A stretch of 64,000 nt of DNA from positions 26,724,001 through 26,788,000 of the forward strand of contig NC_087251.1 of NCBI RefSeq assembly GCF_037042905.1, read 5' to 3'. Position numbers and translations under genes: made by a program. Positions 39,282 through 53,985 of this stretch are shown here, in pieces; within the stretch, counting starts at the first letter, position 1, and every line of letters begins with the position of its first letter. Source of the DNA: Lytechinus pictus (Eukaryota). Under the pieces are notes generated by a model that was not told the DNA's origin, ran no database searches, and saw only the letters and a program-made list of their open reading frames with translations.

Positions 39282-40462
39282 GAATCTAGGTCATTGTGTA
39301 CATATCTCGATACATATGATTTGTACAATCCACTATTTGATTAAGGGTGAATGGATGCAGCCTTTATGGAAAGAGACATCGCTTAACTTGTTCTCCGGAC
39401 TGTGCAATCTGAGAAGATATCCTGGTAGGAGAAATATATGGAGTTTGGAGGGAGTGTGTGTGCGTGTGGGAGAGAAATAGATAGGATGATAGAAAGATGG
39501 ACAGAGAATTATTTGTGGGAAGGTATTGGAAAGCACCTAGAGAGATAGAGGGACAGAGAGAGGAGGGATAGATAATGATGGAAATATGGTAAAAAGGGAT
39601 GTTTGTGTTTTATTATTATTAAATCTTTAAAAAGGATCTACACCGATATTCATTAATAGAAAGTTACTTATTCTAGTCCAAATCATTCAAGCGCAGTATA
39701 AGCATCTTCCTAATTATTGTTATTGAACAAAAACCGTATATGTACAATTCAATTAATGTAGATAATAATGTGAACCAAATACCAATAGTTTTTTTAAGGG
39801 ATAACTTATGGAAAGCCAATGGAGGTAGATAGTGAATGCAGTGCATATACGAAAAGGGGTATTATTGATACTCGGGTCATAGCATTCTTTTTTCAAGAAA
39901 GGCAAAAATATTCGGTATCAAAAGATGATTGAGAGTGAGATAGGCAAACATACAATACACAAGATTTTGAAGCACCCCCCCCCCCAAAAAAAAAAAAAAA
40001 AAAAAATCCCCAGACAAAACAAAGTCACATACTATTCAGACATATCCAGTCTCTTGTGAATAGAGAGACAATAGATACATGGTGGGAAAACATGAAAACA
40101 AATTTACATTGTTAATGCATTTGGTTTAGACTCTGCACCTGTTAGCTAGTATGGGTGCGACCCTGGTAAATACACACGCTGATAATAATCGCAGAATTTT
40201 AATACACCGCAATGGTATCAAAACCAGAAGAAGAAAAAAACGTATGCACAGTCATGAGTTTCAATATCATTTGCATCGTTCGTTATATAGCTCATATAAT
40301 CATAGTGAATCCATTTCAAATGTCTGTCATTTATGCCTTATTCTAGTAATAACAGAGGGGAAAAGGCATCGCTTAAAGTGCAACTGTGCAAACTGTAACA
40401 TTCTAGAAAAAATATGCGCCTTGAGCACTATACAGAGTGAATTTGGCTCTATAAGTCATATG

Positions 40463-40514
40463 TATTATTATTATCATCATTGTTATTATTATTATCATTA
40501 TTATTATTATTATT
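40463..40514. repeat. (TTA)n microsatellite
   Basis: Imperfect TATTATTA run. Confidence 0.9.
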
Positions 40515-41945
40515 ACAATTATGAGAATGATCATCAAAACAGGAACCATCAATAATAAATACAATATTTATTCTACCACCATCAAACCAAAGAAATAACA
40601 ATATCACAATAAATTGGTAACAAATGAATATTCGTTCTTTACAAGTTGGTGTCATATAGGCCTAAATTTGATTTTGAATGCAACGCAACAACAAAAACTC
40701 AAAATTTGTTAAGATCTCTTAATGGAAGGACATAGCTTTCATTCTCAATTTCGAAGTCTCTGTTTAACTTCGGATATTGTAGTTATTATTTGTTTCATTA
40801 AATATCCGATATATTTATTTTAGGAAATTCTATGTAAAAATGATTTATGTTGAACAATTTTCGGGTCAAATTTTTGTGATTTTCTTTCGGGGTAGGGGGG
40901 GGGGGCTAAGGGCCTGTAGTCTTATTCTTTTATTGTATTATTTATAAATTTTGTCAGCTACCGATTCTGGAGATCACATTCTTTAAAATGAATGTAGAGT
41001 GTAGTGATTTCACGGTACACCAAGTATTCTGTCGTGACATATCTTACAAATTTGAAGTTGGTTCATAAAGTATTTTCTTTACGAATGTAAATAAGCAAAT
41101 TCATAACTACATGAACTAAAAACTGTTACTATGGGCCTTCTGATTATCATACGTTTGCTCTGACTTGTTGTTATTTAGGTGTTCCTTTATTTCTGTCTCT
41201 TTATCTACTTATACAATCCGCTAATCTCCCTTGAATATTGCGATCGATACATAAATTTCCCCGCAGTCAAGGCCGATAGTTCTCTCAAAAATCAGCTGGA
41301 CGCACGATCGATTTTTGTCACAGAGTGGTTTCGTAAAGAGATAAAAACAATGAAATGATTACGCTAAAATCCCTCCGAGGCGACACGATTTCAGATGGGT
41401 ATATTTGGGAGACGCAACCAATAAGAATAATTTGCAAGAACCGTATGTAAGTTTTCCATTATTCACCCATTTTTGAAGAGCAGTTTGATATGTGTGATGG
41501 TGAAATGGTTAACTTTATATATAAAAAACGTTTGACGTAATCAGTGGAAAGCGGTTTCAAAACATATTTCTTAACTATAAATACATAGAAATTCTAATAA
41601 AATTAATCATCTCTCTTTTTCACGAAATTCTATTTTTCTTTATTCAGGAAATATTGTTCATCTGATTGTTAATGAACTATAACCATTGTGTATTTTGCAC
41701 TTATAAAACATTAACATATTCAGATCAGATTTAACGAGGGATTTTTTTTTACAATAGTCTATCTGCCAATTATTTGTTTGCACTTGTAATTTCCCAATCT
41801 CACATTATTTTTTTTAGCTTTTCAATGGGAAAATCCAACCAGGGTCTAGAGCGGAGCCATTACAAGTATTCTACTAATGCGAAAAACAACCTCCGTGGTA
41901 CACACGTTTGTTTGTTTTTATCATTATTACCCCCCTTCCCTGTAA

Positions 41946-41948
<3 letters not shown>

Positions 41949-42012
<64 letters not shown>
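41949..42012. repeat. (TA)n microsatellite, ~32 units
   Basis: Pure TA run. Confidence 0.97.
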
Positions 42013-42016
<4 letters not shown>

Positions 42017-42865
42017 TGCGACTGTGGTAACAACTAGTGCAGTAATCTTAATAAAAGTCACTTGTTTGTAAGTACAAGATACCAAGATGTACTAAATATA
42101 CATGAAGCCTATATATGCAATGGAGCACCGGAGCATAACGAAAGGCCAACAAAGCAATTGTTTCGCCCATTATTGAGCCGTGACAAGCGTCTACCCGTAT
42201 CGATTTAGCGAAGAAATAGTTCTTCTTCCACGAAACTTTCTAGAGAGTTCATCATTAATGGTCATTGCACCCGCAAAATGTCTTACACAGTGTATTAGTA
42301 TATTGACAACTACTAGTAATATCTATAATTTTAAGTGGGATTTAATAATTACCCTTTTATTTCTGTATAGCGAGATGCGCGTGGATACGTTGCCAAGACG
42401 ACGATATTGATTTCATTTTACCCGTACTTTACCCAGAATAGTCATGATCACCTGTGATTAATAATATAATTTTGGTTTTCTATCAACTTTTAGATGAGCG
42501 TTACATCAGACAGAGAACTAGAGAACTAAATATCTTAAATAGAGTATTATTGCAATTAAAAACAAATGTTCCAAGAATGCAATCTTATTTTAAAGAATGG
42601 ACTATAAAACAAATTGGTTTTTACTCTACAACGGGCAATCATCTTGCTCTAAACATTACCGACGTACTCATTATCAATATGATAAATGTGAGTATTATCT
42701 AATTTTCAAAGAAAATTAACACCCCTTTTGATCAGAAACAAAATATTTTTGAAGCGTAGTACGTAAACAGACAGCAATTTGATTATTTCACATCGGTAGA
42801 TGATACCACTTCGCGAAATACGATTTATCACATCGAAATTAAGCACTAAAGCAGTTAAGAATTAA

Positions 42866-43281
42866 ATGTTGCAAGTTGGATAAGACTCGAACCGGTACAG
42901 ACATGTTTCTAGATTCAATAGATACCAAATGGAGGAATAGTTATGGTTTACGCGTATGGGCATAACGCTTGTGTAACCAACCATCCAAGGATTCCAGTAA
43001 ATCAAGCCTTAATGAATATTATCATCTTAAGTATCTCCGGGATCTGATTCCTGATGACAAAACCTGATAGAGACGAGGCCATTGGCCAAGCTATGAAGCC
43101 AGGGGCGCAGAAGACACTCCCTCTCAGTTGGGACAAGAAAAATCTCCCAATTCTTTAACATTTTTGTTCATTATGCTGTTTTCATTTATCGCAGCGGCTA
43201 ATTTTTCTTCATTAGTATGGTTAAGCGCTGTGATATAAGTTTACTCATTCTATAAGAATGATAATTCCGAAATTAGAATAA
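42866..43281 (+). repeat. Left copy of a ~415-bp dispersed inverted repeat
   Basis: Reverse complement of 48121-48535 with scattered substitutions and small indels; related ORF tails (WDKKNL.IL). Confidence 0.92.
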
Positions 43282-45059
43282 TTAACTAATAAAAAAGAAA
43301 TTTATTGATTAATGGAACCAAAAATTCTAATCAAAGTTTGATGTTAACTTATTATATTCAGAGGAAGCGACAAAGCACGTTACAAAGTAATTTTCTGGGA
43401 AATTTTCCTCCCAATCCGCCATTGTCCGCCCCCCCCCATTAACGTGTAAAACACCCTTCGTCATGATCCATTCCATTCTGAAAAGGGAAACCATATATAC
43501 AGTCAAGAGCAAAATTCATGTACAAGTTTGTCATTTTTTCATTAAGTGAATATTAGTACACCAAAACCCACACTCACTGAGAAGATGAAGATAAATTCGA
43601 TGACATTAGTTTTTGAGTGATGTGAAGTGCGCTCAAATGTTTGATTTCACTCTTGACTGCAATTTAACGGTATACCTGCAACAGTTTATTCCCACGGGTG
43701 ATTCAATATTTCACTAAAATCAATGTTCATTCAAGTACTCTGGACCAATCAAACTAAAAAGGAAATTGATTTCACTTTTGAGGGTATTTACCCTAACTAA
43801 TATGAAATCATTTTTCTAAATATGTTAAAATCTATCACAAGATTATTATCAACACATTCTGTGTATTAATTCTACATTCCATGCAAAGAAATTATATACG
43901 GAAAATCGTTTATTAACCTAAACACTTTATAATTTCTTGACCCAGTCTTAAAAAGAAAGAAAAAATTGATTTGATTGAAATCAAACTCTTATTTGATGCG
44001 AATCAATCGCAAATCTTTGTAAGACGAGTTCCACCAAATCCAAAAAGGAACAAAAGGGATATTTTGGGAAATTTATCATCCAAATCGCATAGAAAATAGG
44101 ACCAGCTGCATGCATGTTTTGAGATTAATTGAAACAAGTCTAATATTTTAGTAAGGATTTCTTTGTTTCTTTGTTTCTACATTGCTTGTGTCTTAATTAG
44201 CCATTACTAATCCGGTGCCTTTGAACTTGACCCCCCTTCTCTCCAACAACTCATCAGCCTTTGTGTGACGTAACTAATGAGAACTCATTGTCCTTCTAGT
44301 TCCAATGACAGAGAATGCTTCAATTAGACCATCGTTGTAAATGACTTTGACAGCGGAGATCTAATGGTGGAGAGCTAACGGATTATCTATCTTACCCCGT
44401 TGTTTAATGAAGACAAAGAAAGAGCAGACACTACAGAGTTCGCTGATTCAATTCAATGTTCTCTTCTTGTCTGTTAAAAAACAGCTGGTAGTGAAAATTT
44501 GGTTTCGCACCGAGTTGCACCGTCTCTGTCCAACACTCTGGAGACAAACAATGCACGAGTCAATTGTTTTAGAATCTTATTAGAATTTTAACGACACAAA
44601 AATAAAACATTTTCCCCCCAAAAAAAAAGTCAGAAAGAATAAAAATAATGGAACCTTGTTCTAAACTAGTAAGTATACTTATGCGTGACTCCAAAGTGTA
44701 TACACATGTATTTAGCATAGCAATAAAGAGGGATCTATGCAACACCCCGATGCATTTCATAATAATCTTTCAGTTCATTAGGATACAGATGGCAAGATAT
44801 TATAGATAAGCACGGAATTAAAACGTGTCACAAGAACCTATCCTGCAGGCTTCAATCGCCCAGATGAAACAGCCGTAAATATTCTTCTCCGTTACATCTG
44901 ATGACAATGCAGTGTCCAACCTTGTCCCCAAGGGGGAATGAGCACAGGATCACACGCCGAATTATGATAAATAATTCCCGTCACATGACCACATAATACA
45001 ATCACGGAATGGGCAGCGGGCGAAGGGACGATGTTGTTTACGCGCGCGGGAGAAACCGC

Positions 45060-45072
45060 GTTGCTAGGCAAC
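45060..45072. promoter_or_regulatory. RFX X-box-like palindrome in a GC/CpG-rich patch (~44900-45250)
   Basis: GTTGC-TAG-GCAAC matches the RFX consensus; function untested. Confidence 0.4.
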
Positions 45073-46581
45073 TGCACTTGGAGCGCATCACCTGGGACTA
45101 GAGTTTCATGGGAGGAGATCGGGCAATGTTGGTAGAGATGATGAAAACTACCTGGAGTGGTGGCTGGTCCGTGTGGGATGCTTCAGCGTGGGCCGTCGAG
45201 GAAACAGAAGGGGTTGGTGATTACAAGATGCATTACAGCCCAGGTGACGCAAACTGAAAGATTTCGTCCATTTTTTTTGGTCGGCAGTCTATTTCCAGGC
45301 TGACACGGAATTTCTTCTTCTGATTTATTGATGTGATGAATTTATTCCCAGTTATCTTTCAACCTCAGATGGGGGTTTTCAAATTTTGAAGCCTTCTTTT
45401 TATCTTTGGATTACACAAAAATATGAATTCAATAGTTGTAATCTTCTACAATTTTGTTGTCTATATAATATTGCCTAACATTTTGTACTACACCTGATGA
45501 GACTTTGCTTGATAACTTTAACAAATGGCTGTTTAAAGTCGATTTATCCGAACACACAACCTGTCCGGACACACAGCAATTGGGTATAAATGTTAAAAAC
45601 GATGATTTAAAAAAATCTGTATTCAAAATCATCAGGTGAGCGCTTATTTGTTATTTGGGCATAGCCATGGTGTCAATGCACATTATTACAGAAAGAGACG
45701 CTCAGAAATAAAGCATTTCATTGAAGAATAAATATATCTAATTTAATTCTAAATGGAAGCACAAGATACAAATATTTGATTCCCAATAAACATCGTTACA
45801 ATAAAAAACAATCGAACATCAAGTTCACAACCCCCTCCCAAGATTCCCAAACCTTCCATTCATTAATCACCATAAATCCCCAGTCCAGGGACTACTCCGG
45901 AGATATCCCCTTTGAACTTGGCTATTATAGGAAAGCATCTCAGTTTGTTTATAATGGTGACCATTTCGCACGAACGCGGCTTATACTCCATCGCTGTCAC
46001 CGACTGAATCTTTGTTTAACAGCCCGGATTACGACCTGCAATTGACAAGGTCAATATTGAAGAGGACAATGCCCACACGAATGTTTTTCAATCGCATCTA
46101 TTGAGTAATTGGAATGACCTCAGCTCATCCACAAATCTCAATGATGAAGTCACAGTTTCTCGTTGTTAACAAATTGTGTCGATAGAGCACATCGATGTAA
46201 ATCAAATAATTCTAAACATTATTTTCTATCTGGAGTCAAACGAATCTCATTTAAAAAAATCGCATGTGTTTATCGAATTACGTCCATTAGAATATCAATT
46301 AGCTTCATTAAATCAACGAAGAAAATGAAATAGTACTATGATCTGACAGCTATACGATAAGAAAAGAGTAAAAAAAAAGTAAGTACACATTCTATATCGT
46401 TATCTGCTGAACTTCTAGTCAAGAAAAAAAAACCGGAACCCTTGGTATATGCTCATTCTTTTCTTTAGAAAGGTCTTTTTAGTCAATTAGCGATGGTAGT
46501 TAAAGGGAGACAGACTTGAACATAGCCAGGAGATTTATCACGGTATCATTGCAGAGACTACAGGTTATAGCATAGGAGCTG

Positions 46582-46710
46582 GGTCCCGTAACACAAAGGC
46601 TAGCGATTGATCGTACGCTTGATTTCTACGATTGATTGTACATTGTAGTCTATGGAATCAATCGTAGAAAAATGTTCTACGATCATTGCTAAGTTTTGTG
46701 TTACGGGCCC
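46582..46710. mobile_element. Palindromic MITE (129 bp) with CTG TSD (Harbinger-like)
   Basis: GGTCCCGTAACACAAAGGCTAGCGATTGATCGTA ... TACGATCATTGCTAAGTTTTGTGTTACGGGCCC; CTG on both sides. Confidence 0.85.
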
Positions 46711-48120
46711 CTGGACTTGGTTTTTTTAAGCAGATGACACCCGTAAGTCATCCAGCCTCATTAAAAGAAATATAGAAGGTCACGTGGATGCTCTGCCTCC
46801 CTGGGCCATCTCAGGTTATGTGATGTGTTTGGGCTGTTGCTAGGCTAGAGAGAAACTCCATGCGGTCTTCGTGATCTATTCGGCCATACCTCACGTGCCA
46901 GGGTAGGTTAAGGGGGAGCCCTAAAGCCAACCAAACATAAACGATAGCCTTAAACACTCAATCATGTCAGCAGGCGACATTTTATGGGGTTACGTATATA
47001 TACGCCATTCGGCGGCGCCACGTAATGAACGCCACACATTCGTGTATTCAACCATACAGTTGGCACTGACAGATTTATATATTGTGTGTGTGGGTGTAAG
47101 TGTGTGTATGTGTGTGGGTGGGTGTGTATATCAGTGTGTGTGAGCAGCGGGACCAATTCTTTTGGGTCTACATGTTTGCAGTATATTGTCCAATTACGAT
47201 TTCGAACATTATGCATGAAATTCCCTCAATTACTGGTATTAAAGTACTATAAATATCATTTTGTCATAAAAAAAACTTCATTGCCAATCACTGGGCCCAA
47301 TCAAAACCTCATCATTTTGTTTTGTTTTGTTTCTTGTTGTTTTTCCCCATTGAGCATATTAAAAACGAATAAACCTAAATGGACGCGTCAGCTGTAAAAG
47401 AGAAAGGATTTCAACTCAAACTTATTAATACAAGCGATTTCACAAATCAAATCATGCCAAATAATGTCCCAAAAGGGCTGTAATATATTGATACGTCAAT
47501 GGCACATCAGTATTGTCTTTTGATGAAAGCGAGTTGTGAAATACAACTATATTTACTTTGCGGCAACCTTTATAAATCCATTTTCTCAACTAGACTACGT
47601 TGATTTGTGAAGGCATTAAGAGATGATGTCTTCCCTGAATGGGTGTTTCGATGTACCTCGATGCCTCTGTGTTCTCAGCCAATCGGATGTTAAGGATTTC
47701 AGCAGCTTTTATCAGTTGCCTAATAAAATCACACACAATCGCTTCGTGAATACTCCTGCATGCGGTAATATTAATGTACTTGGTTCGACAAATCGAATTT
47801 GATTTAAAGTGATCTTCTAGGAATTTTTTTTTCTTTCATAGAAAGATTCTAGGAATTTATGTGGAATGATTAACTGAAACTTACATTATCACAACCATTG
47901 TGTGGAAAACTAATAGCGCATGACTGAAGTACCCTGAAAATTATGAACATTTTCATTTAACATAATTGAAAAACTGTGTAAATTATAAGGGTTGGTTTCT
48001 TTCAATTTGTTTAAATTACGACATTTACGTATTTCTCTTGAACCCTTTGCTTTTTCTTTCTGTTATTATCATGAATATAAAATATTTTAGTTCAACTCAT
48101 CTTCCGCTTACTACACTTTT

Positions 48121-48535
48121 TTATTCTAATTTTGGAATTATCATTCTTATAGAATGAGTAAACTTATATCACAGCGCTTAACCATACTAATGAAGAAAAA
48201 ATAGCGATAAAAGAAAACAGCATAATGAACAAAAATGTTAAAGAATTGAGAGATTTTTCTTGTCCCAACTGTGACGGAGTGGCTTCTGCGCCCCTGTCAT
48301 CATAGCTAGGCCAATGGGCTCGTCTCTATCAGGTTTTGTCATCAGGAATCCATGGAGATCCCGGAGATACTTAAGATGATAATATTCATTAAGGCTTGAT
48401 TTACTGGAATCCTTGGATGGTTGGTTACACAAGCGTTATACCCCTATGCGTAAATCATAATTATTCCTCCATTTGGTATCTATTGAATCTAGAAAAATGT
48501 CTGTACCGGTTCGATTCTTATCCAACTTCCAACAT
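48121..48535 (-). repeat. Right copy of the ~415-bp dispersed inverted repeat
   Basis: Reverse complement of 42866-43281. Confidence 0.92.
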
Positions 48536-49719
48536 ATCATAATTTGATTTAAAAATATTCATACTACTATCCTTGCTGTTTTTTTTCAATTTGCACTTAT
48601 CATGTCCTTTTCTTTAAAACAGCACCACCGTCTATTTTTACCCTGTCTATAAATTAATCTATCAGTGTCTTTCCAACGTCTGAAGCTATTAGAGGTGACA
48701 GGATTTATTCTTTAGATCGCACATAAGGAAATAATTCCAGACCTCTTTTTACCATGGAGCACGCTCCCCGGGCATTCATACAAATTAACGTCAAGGCTTT
48801 CAAACCTCTCTGCGTTAAATGACAAATCTGTTCAATTTGTCTAAATTGCAGATATCCAACAATGCCATACAACAATCATACATCCCCTGGGGGCATATAC
48901 TATGACTATCCTGTGTTTACCCATCTATAATGTATCCTCATCCTTCTCAGTATCTTCTTTACAAGGATGTCATGATAAACATTCTGTCACAAATGGCATA
49001 AAATATCTCATCATACTTAAAAATATCATTTAATACTTAACTTAATGCTTAAATTTATCAACTTCAATGAAATGTTTTGGCTAATTAGTCAGTGATAAAA
49101 AAGACTTCCACTTCTTCTGCAGACGAGATGAATTTAATCAGAAACATAATCATATTTTACTGAAAAGAATAAAATTAACTTGAAAATTATTGGAAAATCC
49201 GACAACAAACAAATGTATATATTTCCAGGGCTTTAAGCAAATCAGCATAAAATAGTGTATCAACATCTTAGGTAGATAGTTAATTTCGCAATACGTGGCT
49301 ATAAAAGTATAATATTACTAAAAAATAAAATACTGTTACCTTTAACAAGAAAAAAAGAAAATAGCAGCCGACATGAGGACTCTAACATATATTTGCAGTA
49401 TCTAACTTGTTTTTTAATGATACATCCCATAATATTTATTGTAATTATTTTCTTAACTATAATTTCAGAAAAGCCGAATTCCAAACTTCGCACCCCTTTC
49501 TTCTATCTAATGCATATGATGCACATGGGGCAATTAAAAAAAAAATTCTGAAGTGGTGTCACTTTTATTTTGTTTTTTATTATTATTACTACGACCATCG
49601 CTATAGCTTTTTGGATTGAGTCCATGGGTCACGTGACAACGATGCTTACGGCGAGGGGGATAATGTTTGATGTATGGGGATTGAGAGAGATTGATCACAA
49701 ACTAGAGCCAAACCCAACT

Positions 49720-49940
49720 GAGATTAGCCCAGCAGCCATATAAAATATGTCCACATCACTTTTAAAAAATCTTCATGTGTTTGTGTTTTCTCCTGAATGA
49801 TTATATTATACTAAAGTCAAACTCATCGGAGATTAGCTTAGCAATCACGTGGTAGATGTCTCGATTACATAAATCAATGTTCAGGTATTTGTGTTTTCTC
49901 CTCAATACCTAATCGTATATTCACGCTAAAGGAAAACTAA
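49720..49940. repeat. Old diverged two-copy tandem repeat (~109-bp period)
   Basis: GAGATTAGC, TTTGTGTTTTCTCCT and CTAAAG..AAACT each recur at a 108-110-bp spacing. Confidence 0.65.
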
Positions 49941-51929
49941 CATCATGAATAATATTTTTGAATCTATTCTACTCACAAGGACCTAAATTTAAAAACAAAG
50001 TTAGCAAATATATTGTCCGTATTCTTTTTTTTATTTCATTTTTTTACAGAAATAATATTTGTGTTCCGAGTCTTCATTAGTCTTAAAAATCTTTACGATC
50101 CACGTAAGCGTCAGAAAATGCAAAGTTCGCATATACAGTACATGTATAAGCAGTCAGCATTATCATTATTTTTGTTACAACAGGTCATAATATATAAAGC
50201 TCTAATTGGGTGGAAGCGAGGACACATGTGGTGTTTTTCAGCCGATTTCATTAACGTCTTAACTAAGGTCAGCCTACCACATTTGTCATTGATTGTCTTG
50301 ATATGTAATTGAGGGCATACTAACTATCATTCATTAATGATTAATCATTCTTAGAAGAGCTCCTCATCACTAACAGAAAAATAATTTTGCTTTTTTTCTC
50401 TGGACAACAACTGGATTTCCAAAGAATTTATTGCCATCGAGGTTTATCATTTTACTTCCAATCATTCGTCATAGATTAGAGGGGAACATCATAACATAAA
50501 CCTGCCACTTTTTTACAAAAGTTTCTACACAAACTGTGCACCAGATCATTTAATTCAATTTTTGAATAATACAAGTACAAAAAAAATGGGAACAAATCAG
50601 CTTGGTTTGCTTCGTTCCCTTGCCGATATATGCATGAACATCTTACTGATTCTTTCGACTTTATTCAAACAATAACAAAGAACTCATGCGCAAAGCTAGG
50701 GTTGATTGGCGTCGAGGTCACTTGCCAAAGCACGAATTCTGGCCATATTCAGCTTGGTAATTTTGAGTAATAGCCATCCTAGATTTATCAATTTTATTCA
50801 AATGGAGATTAGCAATAAAAATATCAAGCGTTTGTTTAAAATTTCCTTGCCATTGAAGGTGTTTATATCAATTTTATTGAATTTTGAAGTAGAATTTGTC
50901 ATGTTACACAGATTCGAGAAATCTTCAGAAAATGTTTTAAAAGCTGTTTTTTTAACCACTTGATAATGCTATAATGTTTAAGCCTAGCACTGTATGTAAT
51001 GGAAGTGATTTTTATGTCAACACAAGATGTTACATTAACTAGGTAACATCGGAAACTGTTAATCAAATTCTATATCAAACGCTTCCTGTTGGGAAATAAA
51101 CTTTGTTCATGTTTTAGTGCCATATCAGGTTACCTTAGACAAATCCTTTGCAATGACATTCGATCGTAGAACTATACAATGTTTTTACTTTGTGGGTAAT
51201 ATCAGAAGCTTGCTCAAGCTCCTGAAATAATCACGATCTTTGCGGTGAGTGCTTATCAGGTACAACTCACTGCGGTTGCAACTTAAAGGTAATGCAGAAA
51301 GATCCTACACATACTCATTTCAGCTTTTTTCACCAACTTATGTTCATATAAGAATCAATGGATTTCATGTAGGCCCGCATGTAGGAAGCATAATGGTCGA
51401 CGGAGAACATGGATATTTTTTTACTTGCTTGTTCTGTAGTTTCTCAACCTTTTTTTTTCACCTATACCCTTAAAAAGCAAAGTTGAAAATGTTTACTTTA
51501 TAACAAGTAGTGACTATAAAACAGAGATTTTTCTTTAGTTATTTCAAGTGAACGGTCCAATTTCATTCCATATTTGCTCATATTTACTCAACAAAGAATG
51601 ATTAATTAGATTAATCAGATCTACGCCATAATTCTGCCTTGAGCTTTTTAGAACACACAGGAATAATTACTATTCCCACGGAATGGACCAGCTTAATTTA
51701 GATAACTGAAAATGTATTTACTGCATCCATATATACCAGCTCATTGGTATAGACCATCATACTGAATAGAGTCCATATTTAGGTACTGCACGTGACATTT
51801 TAGCTCGCGTGCCAGTCGATTGCACCCCTTACCGAAACAGCATGGTGCGTAACTAGTTATACCTCAACATCGAGGGATGTAGCAACCATCAGTCATCACA
51901 GCGGCCATGTTGCAACCAATAGGGACCAG

Positions 51930-52099
51930 GGGCCCGTTTCATAAAGCTGTTCGTAAGTTACGAATGAGGTTACGCACGACTGGTGACCCTTTCTTGCGCT
52001 CAATGATATCCCTATGTAACCGATTTAGCACATAATAACAGGTTTCAGTCGTGTGTAAAGTAGTGCGTAACTTAACGAACAACTTTATGAAACACCACC
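51930..52099. mobile_element. Palindromic MITE with CAG TSD (Harbinger-like), relative of 17755-17925
   Basis: GGGCCCGTTTCATAAAGCTGTTCGTAAGTTA ... TAACTTAACGAACAACTTTATGAAACACCACC; CAG at 51927-51929 and 52100-52102. Confidence 0.85.
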
Positions 52100-52102
52100 C
52101 AG

Positions 52103-52249
52103 GGTCCTGTTTCACCAAGACTTGTTATAATTAAAACAAATGCGCAACTTCTTTCACAAGTCTACTGTCATCCAATCAAACTGAATGATTTCAGTAGCTT
52201 GAGACTGTTATTACAATTTTGTTATAAAAAAAGTTTATGAAACGGATCC
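52103..52249. mobile_element. Second CWG-type MITE abutting the first through a shared CAG
   Basis: GGTCCTGTTTCACCAAGACTTGTTATAA ... TTATAAAAAAAGTTTATGAAACGGATCC; CAG at 52100-52102 and 52250-52252; a similar left end occurs at ~17049. Confidence 0.75.
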
Positions 52250-53985
52250 CAGAGCCGTAAAACAATCACGAGGCTCTGACAACGGTGGTGCACGAGTCGG
52301 CTGACTCTGCTCTTGCTGTACGATTACTGAGATATGGAATATAATGCCGTTGGCAACCGAATTGGTAATTTCAAAGAACATTGCAGATCTTGATTAGATT
52401 GTATTTCTTTGGAAAATTACGTCATCCTGGTCATGCGTCACAATATTACTCAACATCACAGCAGATTATGGACTGGTAATGATTAAGAATCAAAACGTCA
52501 ATTGGACGAGAATAACAATTATGATCAAGAACTTGTATCCTATCCCTTCGATTGTTCAATGTCTTATACTCAAAGCTTTCTGGCCACACAATTCGATGAT
52601 CATGAGTTATTTATTAATGATCGTTAAAGACATATGTCACAAAATACTGAGCACCACCACCTTGGAGGTAGACAGGTAAGCTATCCCCGTTCAGTATAAC
52701 AAGATATCAATTCTTTAAGAAGATAATTAAAAAAATACTTCCTAGAGTGTATTTAGATAAAAAAGTGTATTTTTTCGCTTTCAAGATTTTTTTTTCTCAA
52801 CTCATTCCATACATAAGTATCACATGCACGGATACATTGTTATTGAAAAAATAGCATACATTTCAAACAAATTCAAACAAAATGGTTATATTTGTATAAA
52901 AAGTATTCCATTTTATTCGATGCACGTTCATCAAATTACGTTTAAAAGCAATTATTCTCTCGGTTGTTTCGATTTTTTCCAAACCAAGCATAAAATGAGC
53001 AAAAGTGGGTTTGATATTTTTGTATTTACATGAATAAATGAATGAATAAAATAAAACGTGTATTGTTCTTACTTAACTATTTGATAAAATATTAAGATTA
53101 TTCTTTCCCTAATGCACTTATTGGCTAGTAAACTTTTCCACTCAAATTGTATAATCATCAGTCATCCCAAATATTTCAATATCTAAACCATATCAAACCC
53201 CTTATCAATCACTGGGAGGGCACCAATGAAGACCGCAGGGTCCTGTCCCCATGGAAACGGATGACTTTAGTCGACTTGTGACATGGATAAAGGCCAATGT
53301 CCTCATCTGCAAAAACAAATTGAACTTACAAGACCCAAATTCATTCAAAATCTGAAATCGTAAACAAAACTATTAACACTCAATTCAAGCAGGTATCCCC
53401 CTTTCCATTGGTTTGGGGGATTGGCAGACTTGGTTTGGTGAGGGGGATTCTTTCAGATGAAACTCCAAGCTTGGGCAGGAAACAACAAGGCAGCATTGTT
53501 AGGCTCTCGAAGTGACCCCTGACCTGGAGGAGTTTGACACACGTATGTGCCTGTTTTTGCAGATGCTGCTTCTGTCGTGTTTCACGTTGTGAGGGTTCAC
53601 CATCTTTGCTTTTTAGGCGCAGCTAATCAACTAGACTACTGTGCCACCGCAAATAATTATAACCCTTTCAATCCATTACCTCTAAATAGCAACATATTCC
53701 TGGCAGAAACATACCTCCATCAGGACAGATTAACGGCAATTATAGTAAACAAAATTCTACCTTAATAATCGAATAAACATAAAATGCTTGTTTGTCATGT
53801 TTGTACCGCAAGTAGGTGAATCAAGAGCCTGTATGTTAAACTTTGTAGCATCATTGTTATTTTACTTTCATCCTAACGAGGGGTAGGTGACAACTTTACT
53901 TTTGAAATGAACTTGATTTACACAATCAACTTAAACCGTATCTTATTTTCAATTCAAAATAAGTTGCATATGGTCTTACCCCTTA

